DNA of 64,000 nucleotides from Candidatus Poribacteria bacterium (lineage in GTDB: Bacteria > Poribacteria > WGA-4E > PCPOR2b): positions 2,528,001-2,592,000 of the forward strand of contig OZ240245.1 in assembly GCA_965198175.1 (NCBI GenBank). The letters run 5' to 3'. The stretch's first letter is position 1; each line of letters begins with the position of its first letter. The position numbers and the translations under genes are program-made. Under the pieces are notes generated by a model, which saw only the letters and a list, made by a program, of their open reading frames with translations, did no database searches and was not told the origin of the DNA. Shown here one piece after another: positions 9,170 through 19,083 of this stretch.

Positions 9170-10026
9170 AGGGAATAAAAATGAAAACCACAGTCACAGG
9201 GCTGGCGTCAGGTCTAGTTACTTTAGTTGTCCTTGGGTTGATCCTCACGGGACAAAGTTATGCCAGGATTGACCCTGAGGCCGTTGTTGGCGCCTGGCGT
9301 TTTGATGACGGCAGAGGAGACAACGCAAAAGATTCTTCCGGCAACGGTAATGATGGGAACCTCGACGCGATAGGTTGGGGGGCGCCTAAATGGGTTGAGG
9401 GTAGATTTGGCAAGGGCTTGCAGTTTGACGGAGTGAATAACTATGTTGATTGCGGTGATGATAAGAGTTTGACCCTTATTGATGCCGGAAAGTTTACATA
9501 TACCGCTTGGTTCAAACCCGATGTGGTAGACGTTTATCAGGTATTCTTGGCGCTTGGTGTTGGAGGAGCTACCCCGAATACGGGTGATGTCAGAACAGCA
9601 AACGGAAAGATTTTTGCCTATTGGCATGGTGAAAAAGGTAGGGATGGATTCGGTGTAACAGGGGGGACAACCAAGTTAGAACTAGAAACGTGGTATCATG
9701 TCGCAGTTGTTTTTGTCAGTGGGGATTCCCCAGTGATTTATCTCAATGGTAAAAATGAAAATGCGGGTGATGCGGGAGGTGGACAAGGTCAGGTCTTTGC
9801 AGGCGAAGGCTGGAAGGCCTGGATTGGGAGGTCATTATATAATGATCACGCGCGGCTTTTCAAGGGCGTCATTGACGAAGTTGGCCTCTTCAATGTCGTG
9901 CTGACTGAGGGTGAAATTAACGAACTCATGGAAAAAGGACTTGGCGAATTCGCCGCCGTTTCCCCGTCAGACAAATTGGCAACAACCTGGGGTCGGCTCA
10001 AGGCATTTTGATACACCTTTGCCTAA
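9170..10026 (+). repeat. 857 bp direct repeat, copy 2
   Basis: Near-identical to 3876-4732. Confidence 0.9.
9181..10011 (+). CDS. Secreted LamG domain protein, paralog B copy 2
   Basis: Identical to 3887-4717 except the tail (TWGRLKAF versus TWSRLKEF). Confidence 0.85.
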   Translation: MKTTVTGLASGLVTLVVLGLILTGQSYARIDPEAVVGAWRFDDGRGDNAKDSSGNGNDGNLDAIGWGAPKWVEGRFGKGLQFDGVNNYVDCGDDKSLTLIDAGKFTYTAWFKPDVVDVYQVFLALGVGGATPNTGDVRTANGKIFAYWHGEKGRDGFGVTGGTTKLELETWYHVAVVFVSGDSPVIYLNGKNENAGDAGGGQGQVFAGEGWKAWIGRSLYNDHARLFKGVIDEVGLFNVVLTEGEINELMEKGLGEFAAVSPSDKLATTWGRLKAF

Positions 10027-10208
10027 GAATGGAATCGTAGGACAGGTGTGTTCGGGGATGGGCTCGATCTCAATGTCCCATTTTTCAACCGCTGTCTCGA
10101 TGCACTGCAATGCCATTTGCTGGTTAAAACCGACCTGCTTGTGCGTTGCATGCAGACAAGTGATGGGTCTCGAAGTCTCTCGCTGATGCGATAATGATGA
10201 AAACTGAC

Positions 10209-10237
10209 TTGAAAAAAAAATAAAGATGATATATAAT
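10209..10237 (+). promoter_or_regulatory. sigma70-like promoter
   Basis: TTGAAA-17 nt-TATAAT; it supports a start at 10416 after a long leader. Confidence 0.55.
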
Positions 10238-10415
10238 TAAGACCTATATTCCGCACCCCTAACGGCGGTTTGTTATTTGGGCACGTCACACGATGGGACA
10301 ACGAAACCATGAGACTTTGAGCCATAGTCCTTCATCTTTTCACATGACGCCCCGCCTCTGGCATTTGGAGGCGTTTTGCACGGCTCTTACTGCAATGAGA
10401 AGGAGGAACCCAAAA

Positions 10416-11267
10416 ATGAAAGTGACGATTTCAAAAATCACGATTGGCTGCATCCGCATTGTCACTCTAAATCTCAGTTTCATTTTAATAGGTCTCTTCA
10501 CACCGCAAAGTGCTGCTGCTATTAATCCCCAAAGCATTGTCGGCGCCTGGCTCTTTGATGAGGGCAAAGGAGATATTGCCGCAGATGGCTCTGTCAACGC
10601 TGGGAAACGCGGAGGCGCAAGCGATTTGAAGCTGAACCATGCTGCCTGGGTAAAAGGAAAGTTTGGCACAGCCTTGAAGTTTAATGGGCAGCAAAGACAG
10701 GCGGAAACTTCCGATGAATTTTTGCCAGGGGGACTTGAGCCAAGAACAGTCGCAGGATGGATGAAGACAGGAAAATCTTTCAATGGCTTTATCCTTAATT
10801 ACGGCAGCCACCACGCGAAATTTGGGCCGGGCCGGGAGGTTCATCTGGGTATGCTGAACAAAGTAGAGGCAGGCTTTTTTAATTTTGTCGAGGAGCCAAA
10901 TGCTGCAACCGTGGGGGTTGGCGGCGGAGAGAATATTCCCGGTCAAACCCGAGTCAATAATGGGAAATGGCATCATATTGCCGGTAGCTTTGACGGCTTA
11001 ACCTGGACGCTTTTCGTCGATGGAGAGGTTGAGGGAGTCGGCAAACCAGCTACGTCTACCAAACTTAACGAAGGGCTAAGCATCGGATTTGCGATAGGGC
11101 CTGGCAGTTGGGGTTTTGATGGCGCTATCGACGAAGTTGTAATCCTTAATTCGGCGCTTACTCAGGCTGATGTTAAAAGCCTCCTCAACGGGTTAGAGGC
11201 GGCAAAGGCGGTTTCTCCATCGGGCAAACTCGCCACGAGTTGGAGCCGGCTGAAGAAGAGATATTAA
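10416..11267 (+). CDS. Secreted LamG domain protein, paralog A' (close paralog of 1908-2741)
   Basis: AAGGAGG RBS before ATG 10416; shares LPGGxEPRTV, NYGSH..KFGPGREV, WHHIAG; tail VSPSGKLATSWSRLKKRY. Confidence 0.85.
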   Translation: MKVTISKITIGCIRIVTLNLSFILIGLFTPQSAAAINPQSIVGAWLFDEGKGDIAADGSVNAGKRGGASDLKLNHAAWVKGKFGTALKFNGQQRQAETSDEFLPGGLEPRTVAGWMKTGKSFNGFILNYGSHHAKFGPGREVHLGMLNKVEAGFFNFVEEPNAATVGVGGGENIPGQTRVNNGKWHHIAGSFDGLTWTLFVDGEVEGVGKPATSTKLNEGLSIGFAIGPGSWGFDGAIDEVVILNSALTQADVKSLLNGLEAAKAVSPSGKLATSWSRLKKRY

Positions 11268-11580
11268 CACCATTTTCAGATGAAAGCCCACCGCGCATAT
11301 CTCCTTGCCCTGATGGATCGGTATTGGGAGACATAGGCGACGAATTGAAAAAACCGGGCGCCTATCTAGGTAACCCGTTCGCCAAATCGGTGTGGAGTCC
11401 GTGCCTGCAGGGCGCTACGGTCTTGGACGCTCTGTCGGAGAAAGGAGGGTACCGCAGGAAATCTATATTTGTAGTAAGGCTTTGCGCGGGCAAAGCCGGT
11501 CGGTGAAGTGACAACGTTGGTGAATACCAACAAACCAGAGGTAACAAAGAAATCTACCAACAAGTAGGAGGTAACAAAAA

Positions 11581-12381
11581 ATGAAGGTGAGATTCATCAC
11601 ACTCGGATATATCAGCGCCGTTGTTCTCCTATGCCTCATTCTCGCAACATCCGGTCACGCGGCCATTGACCCTGACACCGCTGTGGCAATCTGGCTCATG
11701 GAGGATGGCGAGGGTGATAAAGTTACGGAGGTGACCAATAACCCCGCCAAGTTGAGGGGACTCCTCCAGGGTAAAAACATAACGTGGGTCGACGGCGTCT
11801 TCGGCGGGGCGATAGACCTCGGCTCCGCGGGTGACGTCATGGCGGTTGGTAAGCAGTTTGGCGAAGAGGCTGCCCCGACGGCTGCGTGCACCGTCATGGC
11901 ATGGATACAGTATCGGGAAAAGATCAAAACAGATCTCTTTCAGTTTCAGCCGGGTGACCCGTGGGACAACCGAATCTCGGTTCACTTTCCGTGGGCGGAG
12001 GCTGGGATTATCTGGCAGTTTGGCAGACCGTTTGGTGGTCCCCCTGGTGTTGATGTTCCCAAGAACTTTGAGGATGATTGGCATCACGTCGCGTTCACGG
12101 GTTCTGACGATTCAACCGAAATATGGATAGATGGTGAGGCTGTCGCTCGGGGAGGCGGCCAGCAGCCCTTTGTACATCAAGCGCATGGACCCTGGCATGT
12201 TGGCGGCAGAACAAACGCCTCTTTCGACGGGAAGATCGACGAGGTTGGGGTTTTTGATGTTGCCTTGAGCGAAAAAGACATTAATACCATTATGGACCAA
12301 GGGCTTGAGTTCACCATCCTGGGCGTTGACCCAGCTGGCAAAGTCGCGACAGCCTGGGGTACGATAAAAGCCCGCGATTAG
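11581..12381 (+). CDS. Secreted LamG domain protein, paralog C
   Basis: Signal peptide, WHHVAFT, IWIDG, FDGKIDEV; tail VDPAGKVATAWGTIKARD; AGGAGG RBS. Confidence 0.85.
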   Translation: MKVRFITLGYISAVVLLCLILATSGHAAIDPDTAVAIWLMEDGEGDKVTEVTNNPAKLRGLLQGKNITWVDGVFGGAIDLGSAGDVMAVGKQFGEEAAPTAACTVMAWIQYREKIKTDLFQFQPGDPWDNRISVHFPWAEAGIIWQFGRPFGGPPGVDVPKNFEDDWHHVAFTGSDDSTEIWIDGEAVARGGGQQPFVHQAHGPWHVGGRTNASFDGKIDEVGVFDVALSEKDINTIMDQGLEFTILGVDPAGKVATAWGTIKARD

Positions 12382-12442
12382 TTCTAGGCGCGGCGCGGTG
12401 GCCCTGTCTTGTCCACTCGCGGCGTATTGAACGTCTCAATAC

Positions 12443-12497
12443 AAAAAACCCATCTTGCACATGCGTATTCTATATGCGTGCGTGGGATGGGTTTTTT
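12443..12497. terminator. Bidirectional intrinsic terminator-like hairpin
   Basis: AAAAAACCCATC...GATGGGTTTTTT after the last LamG gene. Confidence 0.6.
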
Positions 12498-12648
12498 ATA
12501 CACCAGCGCCGATGTGGTCGGTATGGAAAACGTCTTCCCTAAAAGCACCATCGGTGCGTTTTTCAACCAACTTTAACAACATCCGTTTGGTAGTGTGCAT
12601 AAGGAGAGAAAATGTCGGATACGGAACTGAAGGTGCGGGAAGGATATC

Positions 12649-12873
12649 TTGATGACCAGGCATAAGATCGGATCCGCATCGAAACAGAAGCGGTTCTACT
12701 CATTATGGCACATTTGCTGGCAAGAGAGAATGATTCGTTTTTTACATCAGTTTGAACCGGGGAGAGGCGATTATTCTGTTAATCGAGATCAATGGTTGAC
12801 TGTTCCAGACGTCGACACGTTAGTCAGACAAATTCAACAAGCACGGTCGACGGGTAATGAGAGTCACTCTTGA
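12649..12873 (+). pseudogene. Remnant of a small antitoxin-like protein
   Basis: MIRFLHQFEPGRGDYSVNRDQWL resembles small proteins I recall next to PIN toxins; the N-terminal part looks scrambled and no toxin is adjacent. Confidence 0.4.
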
Positions 12874-12941
12874 CAGCGGAAAAGATGCCACACAAGAGAA
12901 GAGATCACTGATGAAATCATCTCAGAGAGGAAAACGCCCGG

Positions 12942-15900
12942 ATGAAACCAGTGTTTGCAATTTGCTTTATGGGCCTAGTCTGTTTGCTGTATGCCTTTGG
13001 GGATGAAATTAATCCGGATCCAGGGGCGCTTACCCCACCGCCTCAAACGGCAAAAGCCCATTATGATTTGGGGCTTGCCTTTAAAAATAGGGAGCAAGAG
13101 AAGGCAATCGCAGAATTTCAACAAGCAATCCGACTCCATCCCACTTACACGGAAGCGCATCGAGAATACATGGATGTGATGCGAGCGCAAGGGAAAACAG
13201 CGCAGCTCGTCGAAGAATACCGAGCAGAGGCGGCGCAAAATCCGTCAAGCGAGGTGCATCACTATCTCCTGGGTAGAGCCCTAGACGATAGCGATGAAAA
13301 ACTCCTCGCGTTCAAGAAAGCCGTCGAAATCAATCCAGATTACCCGTGGGGGCATTTTGGGTTGGGAACCATCTATGCTGATCAGGGCAAGCTGGACGAG
13401 GCGATCGCTGCATACAAACGGGCAACCCGTCTCAACTCGAATCTGGCGATGGGGCATTTCAATCTGGGCGTTATCTATCTGGAGCGTGGCGAGCTAGACG
13501 ATGCCGTTGACGCATTCACAATGGCTATCCGCATCGATCCGGACGATGCATATACACACATCAGCCTTGGGGTTGCCTACAAAGCGCAAGGCAAACTGGA
13601 CGAGGCGATTGCGGCATTCAAAATGGTTCTTCGAATCAACCCAGACGATGCAAGCGCGCACTACAAGCTGGGAAGAATCTACAATGACCAGGGTAAACAC
13701 TCGGAAGCAATTGCACCTCTCGAAAGGGCTGTCCGTCTAATACCCAATCATGTCGGTGGACATATCAGTCTGGGGTTTGCTTACATGCAGGGCGGCCAAA
13801 TCGACGAAGCGGTTGCGGCGTTCCAAAAGGCCATCAACCTCAACCCGAAGTTCGCACCAGCGCATAACAATCTGGGACTTGCCTATTCTAGGCAAGGGCA
13901 TCCAGACAAAGCCATCGCGGCATACAAAACTGCCCTGACAATCAATCCTGACTTACCAGGAGTACATACCAATCTGGGAATTATCTATGCACAACAAGGT
14001 CAACTGAATGATGCGATTGCGGCGTTCCAGACCGCCATCCGCATCTACCCGAACAATGTCAGATCGCACAGCAATCTGGGACTTGCCTACCAGAAGCAAG
14101 GCCGGCTCGATGATGCGATTGCGGTGTGGCAGGCTGCGATTCGTATCGACCCGAACAATGCAAAGGTGCACCTTGGTCTGGGAAATGCCTATTACCAGCA
14201 GGGGAAGCCAGACGAAGCCATCACGGCATATAAAACTGCTATTAATATCAACCCGAACGATGCAAGAGCGCATTATGTTCTGGGACTCATCTACAAAGCG
14301 CAAGGTCAAGTGGACAAAGCAATATCAGCGTACAAAAAGGTCATCGGTATCGACCCAAGGGACGCAGGGGTGCATCACACGCTGGGATTGCTCTACTTCA
14401 ATCAAGGTAGACTTGACAAGGCGATTTTCGCGTACAAAACCGCCCTACAGATAAACCCTGAGTTGCCGGAAGCATATACTAACCTTGGCAATGTCTACCT
14501 GAATCAGGGCAACCTCAATGAAGCAATCGCAGCCTGGAAAGCTGCTGTTCAACACAATCCTAATGACACATTGGCGTATTTCAATTTGGGCGTCACTTAT
14601 GAAACGCAAGGTAAACTCGGCGAGGCGATTGCGGCGTGGAAAGCCGCTATCAGGAGCGATCCCAACTATGCATCGGCGTACGTGCCTCTAGGCAACGCCT
14701 ATGCGCAGATGGGGGACCTCGACGAAGCGATTGCCAAGTACGAAACCGCTATCAATGTTGACCCAAACGATGCCGCCGCATATGTCGCTTTGGGCAACGC
14801 CTATGCGCAGATGGGGGACCTCGACGAAGCGGCTGCGGCGTACGAAAGGGCTATCAGCATTGACCCGACCTATGCTTATGCACAAGTGAGTCTGCAATTG
14901 GACGACAAAGCGCGAGGCAAGCTGGACGACGCAATTGCCCCCTACGAATCCGATATCCAGATTGACCCGCCCGGCGTGATGCCACACGGCAATCCGGGAG
15001 GCAATGCTGATTTTCCGAGCCTTCCCAAGGCGCACCTACTAGGTCAAGACAATAACGCTCATTGGCGATACCCACTCAATGAGCCGGTGTGGCGCGCCGC
15101 CAATGATGCGGCGCACATGGCTCCGGATGACCCTGTCCTGGGACTGCACATGGGAAGTAGAGCGTGGGCGCTGCCATGGTGGATTATGAAGAATCACCAT
15201 GTGGCGAATCTTAAACTGGACAATCAGCCGATATTGATCACGTTCTGCGAATTGTGCAGCAGCGCAGCCGCCTTCAATCCGGTTCTCAAGAGGGAACGAT
15301 ATACGTTCCGCATTGTGGGTTTCTACAACGGTACGATTCTCGTTTCGGACTTCGAGACCGGGAGTTTCTGGTCTCCGTTCCGGGGTGAAGCCATAGAGGG
15401 GCCACTCGAGGGAGAGCGGCTGACGCGATTGCCACTGTATCAATGTACGTGGTCAGAATGGCTTGCCCTGCATCCGGACGCCTTTGTCTTAGATGGCGCA
15501 GAAGCGCTGCGCGGAGGGCACGGACACCGTTATCGTCCGGGGTCACCCGGGATAGATAGTTTTTCCGCAACACTGCTGCAGTCTGTTGACAAGCGACTTC
15601 CGCACAACGAACTTGTTCTGGGCGTGGAAATTAACGGAGTGGCGCGGGCATATCCACTATCGACCTTGGATCAGATAGGGCTGGTCGTTAACGATACACT
15701 GGGCGAAATGGAGATCGTTGTTCTGCATCAGCCGGAGACCATGCTAGCAATCGTCTTCTCACGTCGGTTTGGAGACAGAGTTCTGATTTTTGAGGGCGCT
15801 AAAGATGGGCGGATTGTAGATCGCGAATACCAGGGGCACTGGAACTATGCTGGAGAGGCCGAAGACGGTGCGCTTGACGGACGTAAGCTGTCGTATGTTT

Positions 15901-15989
15901 CCTCCGGAGTCGAGGAATGGTATATCTGGGCGGCATATCATCCGGAGACGGAAATCTTTGGCGGTAGCGAGACTTCAAAATTGAAATAG
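12942..15989 (+). CDS. Secreted multi-TPR protein fused to a C-terminal DUF3179-like domain
   Basis: Signal peptide; roughly 17-18 34-aa TPR units (AHxNLG..Y..QG..DEA..A...A...NP); C-terminal region with AWALP, FCELCSS, D.ETGSFWS, GEAIEGPL, ARAYP, WYIWAAYHPET. Confidence 0.8.
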   Translation: MKPVFAICFMGLVCLLYAFGDEINPDPGALTPPPQTAKAHYDLGLAFKNREQEKAIAEFQQAIRLHPTYTEAHREYMDVMRAQGKTAQLVEEYRAEAAQNPSSEVHHYLLGRALDDSDEKLLAFKKAVEINPDYPWGHFGLGTIYADQGKLDEAIAAYKRATRLNSNLAMGHFNLGVIYLERGELDDAVDAFTMAIRIDPDDAYTHISLGVAYKAQGKLDEAIAAFKMVLRINPDDASAHYKLGRIYNDQGKHSEAIAPLERAVRLIPNHVGGHISLGFAYMQGGQIDEAVAAFQKAINLNPKFAPAHNNLGLAYSRQGHPDKAIAAYKTALTINPDLPGVHTNLGIIYAQQGQLNDAIAAFQTAIRIYPNNVRSHSNLGLAYQKQGRLDDAIAVWQAAIRIDPNNAKVHLGLGNAYYQQGKPDEAITAYKTAININPNDARAHYVLGLIYKAQGQVDKAISAYKKVIGIDPRDAGVHHTLGLLYFNQGRLDKAIFAYKTALQINPELPEAYTNLGNVYLNQGNLNEAIAAWKAAVQHNPNDTLAYFNLGVTYETQGKLGEAIAAWKAAIRSDPNYASAYVPLGNAYAQMGDLDEAIAKYETAINVDPNDAAAYVALGNAYAQMGDLDEAAAAYERAISIDPTYAYAQVSLQLDDKARGKLDDAIAPYESDIQIDPPGVMPHGNPGGNADFPSLPKAHLLGQDNNAHWRYPLNEPVWRAANDAAHMAPDDPVLGLHMGSRAWALPWWIMKNHHVANLKLDNQPILITFCELCSSAAAFNPVLKRERYTFRIVGFYNGTILVSDFETGSFWSPFRGEAIEGPLEGERLTRLPLYQCTWSEWLALHPDAFVLDGAEALRGGHGHRYRPGSPGIDSFSATLLQSVDKRLPHNELVLGVEINGVARAYPLSTLDQIGLVVNDTLGEMEIVVLHQPETMLAIVFSRRFGDRVLIFEGAKDGRIVDREYQGHWNYAGEAEDGALDGRKLSYVSSGVEEWYIWAAYHPETEIFGGSETSKLK
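14691..14831 (+). repeat. Recent intragenic TPR duplication
   Basis: 39 nt GGCAACGCCTATGCGCAGATGGGGGACCTCGACGAAGCG is identical at 14691-14729 and 14793-14831 (102 nt = one TPR). Confidence 0.85.
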
Positions 15990-16442
15990 GGTCAGAACTG
16001 AAGTGCCAACGGAAATTTAGACCAGAAATAAGCGAAGTTAAACTAAGTGTTGCTGCTCAAATTCAATGGAAGACTGTAGTTGGGCTCCCGCAGTCTTTGG
16101 AAATACAACGGCAAGCGGGTGGATGCTAGAACGCGCATCGGGCATTTTCAGGTGTATGTGAACTCAGAGAAAAAGACAGGTGTGTCGAATATCTATTGAG
16201 TCGAGTGAAATAGCACTGTTGTTCGACGTTTGTGTAGAATCCCGAGGTGCGCAACCACTTGAATTTCACATCGGTATCTAGAATAATTTGACAGAGTCAA
16301 GACAATTTACGGAAGAGAATTACTCGTGCACAGAAATTAAAGCCAAATGACAAAACTATCGAACGAAGGACAGCCTGTTTGAACTCGTGGAAGATTCCGC
16401 ACCGAAGCCTAAGTTTCTCGCCATAAGTTAAGGAGCTTGTAA

Positions 16443-18995
16443 ATGCCAAAGCACATGTATAATCCCGCAGCCATTGAGCCGAAATGGCAAAGCATTTGGG
16501 AGAAACGTGAGACATTTCGCACACCTGACGACCCCAAGGCATGGGAAGGAAAACCGAAATTTTACATACTGGGCATGTTCCCATACGTTTCAGGGGCTGG
16601 CTTACATGTCGGTCACCCAAAAGGATATCTTGCTACAGACGTGATTGCCAACATGCGACGAATGCAAGGCTACAACGTCCTCCATCCGATGGGCTGGGAT
16701 GCGTTTGGACTGCCAGCAGAGCGTGCCGCTGAACGCGGGAATGTTCACCCTGCAACAATCACCGAAAAGATGGTGGATATGTTCCGCCAACAGATCAAGC
16801 GGCTCGGATTCTCATATGACTGGAGCCGGGAGATTAACACCTCCGCGCCCGAATACTACAAGTGGACGCAGTGGATTTTCCTCAAACTCTACGAGAAAGG
16901 GCTGGCATACCTCGAAGATGTGCCCGTTAATTGGTGTCCCGCGCTCGGCACCGTACTCGCCAACGAGGAGGTTAAAGACGGAAAATACATTGAAACCGGC
17001 GATCCGATTGAGAGGCGGCAGATGCGGCAATGGATGCTGAAAATCACAGCGTATGCCGAGCGGCTCCTTGAAGACCTGAATGATCTGGATTGGCCAGAAG
17101 GTCTCAAGGAGATGCAGCGGAATTGGATCGGAAAATCGGAGGGTGCAGATATAAAATTCTCCATCAAGGACACTGATCTCACGTTCACCGTTTTCACAAC
17201 GCGACCAGATACACTCTTCGGAGCGACATACTGCGTTTTCGCCCCCGAACACCCGCTGGTCGAAGGGATTGTGAGCGATGACCGGAAGACTACGGTTAGG
17301 GCGTATATCGAGGAATCGAAGAATAAATCCGACCTACAGCGAACAGACCTCGCGACAGAGAAGACGGGGGTTTTCACGGGAGCCTACGCAATCAATCCCT
17401 GCAATAATGGAGCGATTCCAATCTGGATCGCCGACTATGTGCTGATTTCCTACGGCACTGGCGCCATCATGGCAGTGCCCGGTCACGACGAACGCGACCA
17501 TGAGTTTGCTAGAGCATTTAACCTTCCAATCGTCCAAGTCATCAGCGGCGGCGAGAAGCCGATTGAGGTGGAACCTTTCACCGACGACGGGGTCTGTGTG
17601 AACAGCGGTTTCCTCAACGGCTTGGGTGTGACGGACGCAAAAGAGAAGATGATCGAGTGGCTTGAGCAAAAAAAGAAGGGCAATCGGCAGGTGCAGTATC
17701 GTTTACGTGACTGGCTATTTTCCCGTCAGCGTTACTGGGGCGAGCCATTCCCGGTTGTGCATCTCGAAGATGGTTCGATTACGACGATTCCTGATGACGG
17801 TCTTCCAGTGGAACTCCCATCCATTGATGAATACCGACCAACCCCCGACGGCAAGCCCCCCCTTGCCCGCGCTGGAGACGACTGGCTGAAAATGTTCCTC
17901 CCAGACGGGCGCCTCGGGATTCGGGAAACCAATACGATGCCGCAATGGGCGGGCTCTTGCTGGTACTACTTGCGTTATATTGATTCACAGAACGACGAGG
18001 CGCCGTGGTCTACGGAAGCGGAACGATATTGGCTGCCGGTTGACCTGTATATCGGCGGTACCGAGCACGCCGTGTTGCACCTGCTCTACGCACGGTTCTG
18101 GCACAAGGTGTTGTACGACTGCGGACTTGTGTCCACGAAAGAGCCGTTTCAGAACCTCTTCAATCAGGGGACAATCCTCGCGGAATCCTATCAGGACGAT
18201 AACGGCAAATATTACTATCCGCACGAAGTGGAGAAAAAAGGAGAAGAATGGTTCGTTAAGGCGTCTAGTAGACCCGTCAATACGCAACTTGAGAAGATGA
18301 GCAAATCCAAATTCAACGTCGTGAACCCCGACGATGTCATCGACCAGTACGGTGCGGACTCAGTGAGGCTCTACGAACTATTTATCGGCCCGTTGAGCGT
18401 CAGTACCCCTTGGCAGACCGCTGGCGTGGAAGGGGTTTATCGCTTCCTCAACCGGGTCTGGAGGCTGGTCGTCGACGAATACACGGGTGAATTGAGTAAG
18501 AAGCTAACAGATGCACCCAGCAACAGCCATACAGCGTTGTGGAAAGAATTGCACCAGACCATCAAAGTAGTCACGGAGGACACAGAATCCATTGATAAAA
18601 TGAACACAGCTATCAGCCAAATGATGGTGTTTGTCAACGCCGCGACGCAAGCCCGTACGCTTCCCAAAGAGACGATGAACACCTTTCTGCGACTGCTGTT
18701 CCCTTACGCGCCGCACATCGCCGAAGAGCTGTGGGAACGGCTGGGCAACACAGAACTGATCGCGAAGGCGTCTTGGCCAACTTATGACCCAGAAGCGCTC
18801 AAACGAGACGAGGTAACCGTTGTCGTCCAAGTCAACGGGAAGCTACGTAGCCGCATTCAATTGTCCGCGGACGCGAGTAACAAAGAGGCTGAAGCAGTTG
18901 CGCTTTCGGACCAACGCGTCCAGAACAACGTTGCAGGGAAAACGATACGGAAGGTGATTGTCGTTCCGAACCGGCTGATTAACATCGTCGTGTAA
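16443..18995 (+). CDS. leuS: Leucine--tRNA ligase
   Basis: [14 protein letters not shown] (HIGH), [26 protein letters not shown]. Confidence 0.97.
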   Translation: MPKHMYNPAAIEPKWQSIWEKRETFRTPDDPKAWEGKPKFYILGMFPYVSGAGLHVGHPKGYLATDVIANMRRMQGYNVLHPMGWDAFGLPAERAAERGNVHPATITEKMVDMFRQQIKRLGFSYDWSREINTSAPEYYKWTQWIFLKLYEKGLAYLEDVPVNWCPALGTVLANEEVKDGKYIETGDPIERRQMRQWMLKITAYAERLLEDLNDLDWPEGLKEMQRNWIGKSEGADIKFSIKDTDLTFTVFTTRPDTLFGATYCVFAPEHPLVEGIVSDDRKTTVRAYIEESKNKSDLQRTDLATEKTGVFTGAYAINPCNNGAIPIWIADYVLISYGTGAIMAVPGHDERDHEFARAFNLPIVQVISGGEKPIEVEPFTDDGVCVNSGFLNGLGVTDAKEKMIEWLEQKKKGNRQVQYRLRDWLFSRQRYWGEPFPVVHLEDGSITTIPDDGLPVELPSIDEYRPTPDGKPPLARAGDDWLKMFLPDGRLGIRETNTMPQWAGSCWYYLRYIDSQNDEAPWSTEAERYWLPVDLYIGGTEHAVLHLLYARFWHKVLYDCGLVSTKEPFQNLFNQGTILAESYQDDNGKYYYPHEVEKKGEEWFVKASSRPVNTQLEKMSKSKFNVVNPDDVIDQYGADSVRLYELFIGPLSVSTPWQTAGVEGVYRFLNRVWRLVVDEYTGELSKKLTDAPSNSHTALWKELHQTIKVVTEDTESIDKMNTAISQMMVFVNAATQARTLPKETMNTFLRLLFPYAPHIAEELWERLGNTELIAKASWPTYDPEALKRDEVTVVVQVNGKLRSRIQLSADASNKEAEAVALSDQRVQNNVAGKTIRKVIVVPNRLINIVV

Positions 18996-19083
18996 CTCGT
19001 GAGAAATGCGCAACGCCCATAACGCAGAACGAATCACATATCACATTCAGCAATTTGTCAGAAATCAGGAGGAAATCGAAGAA

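Noticed and set aside
4693..10014. Diversity-generating retroelement (VR/TR) explanation for the 3' differences between the LamG-B copies
   Set aside because: The changes are not adenine-specific (T/C and G/C included), both copies are whole genes, and no reverse transcriptase is in the window.
1634..12941. Integron cassette array
   Set aside because: No integrase and no recurring attC-like RYYYAAC...GTTRRRY sites were recognised; several genes have their own promoter-like motifs.
13000..14950. CRISPR array
   Set aside because: The periodicity is 102 nt coding TPR repeats in an open frame, not identical repeats with spacers.
15990..16442. T-box riboswitch upstream of leuS
   Set aside because: No convincing T-box consensus with terminator/antiterminator was found.
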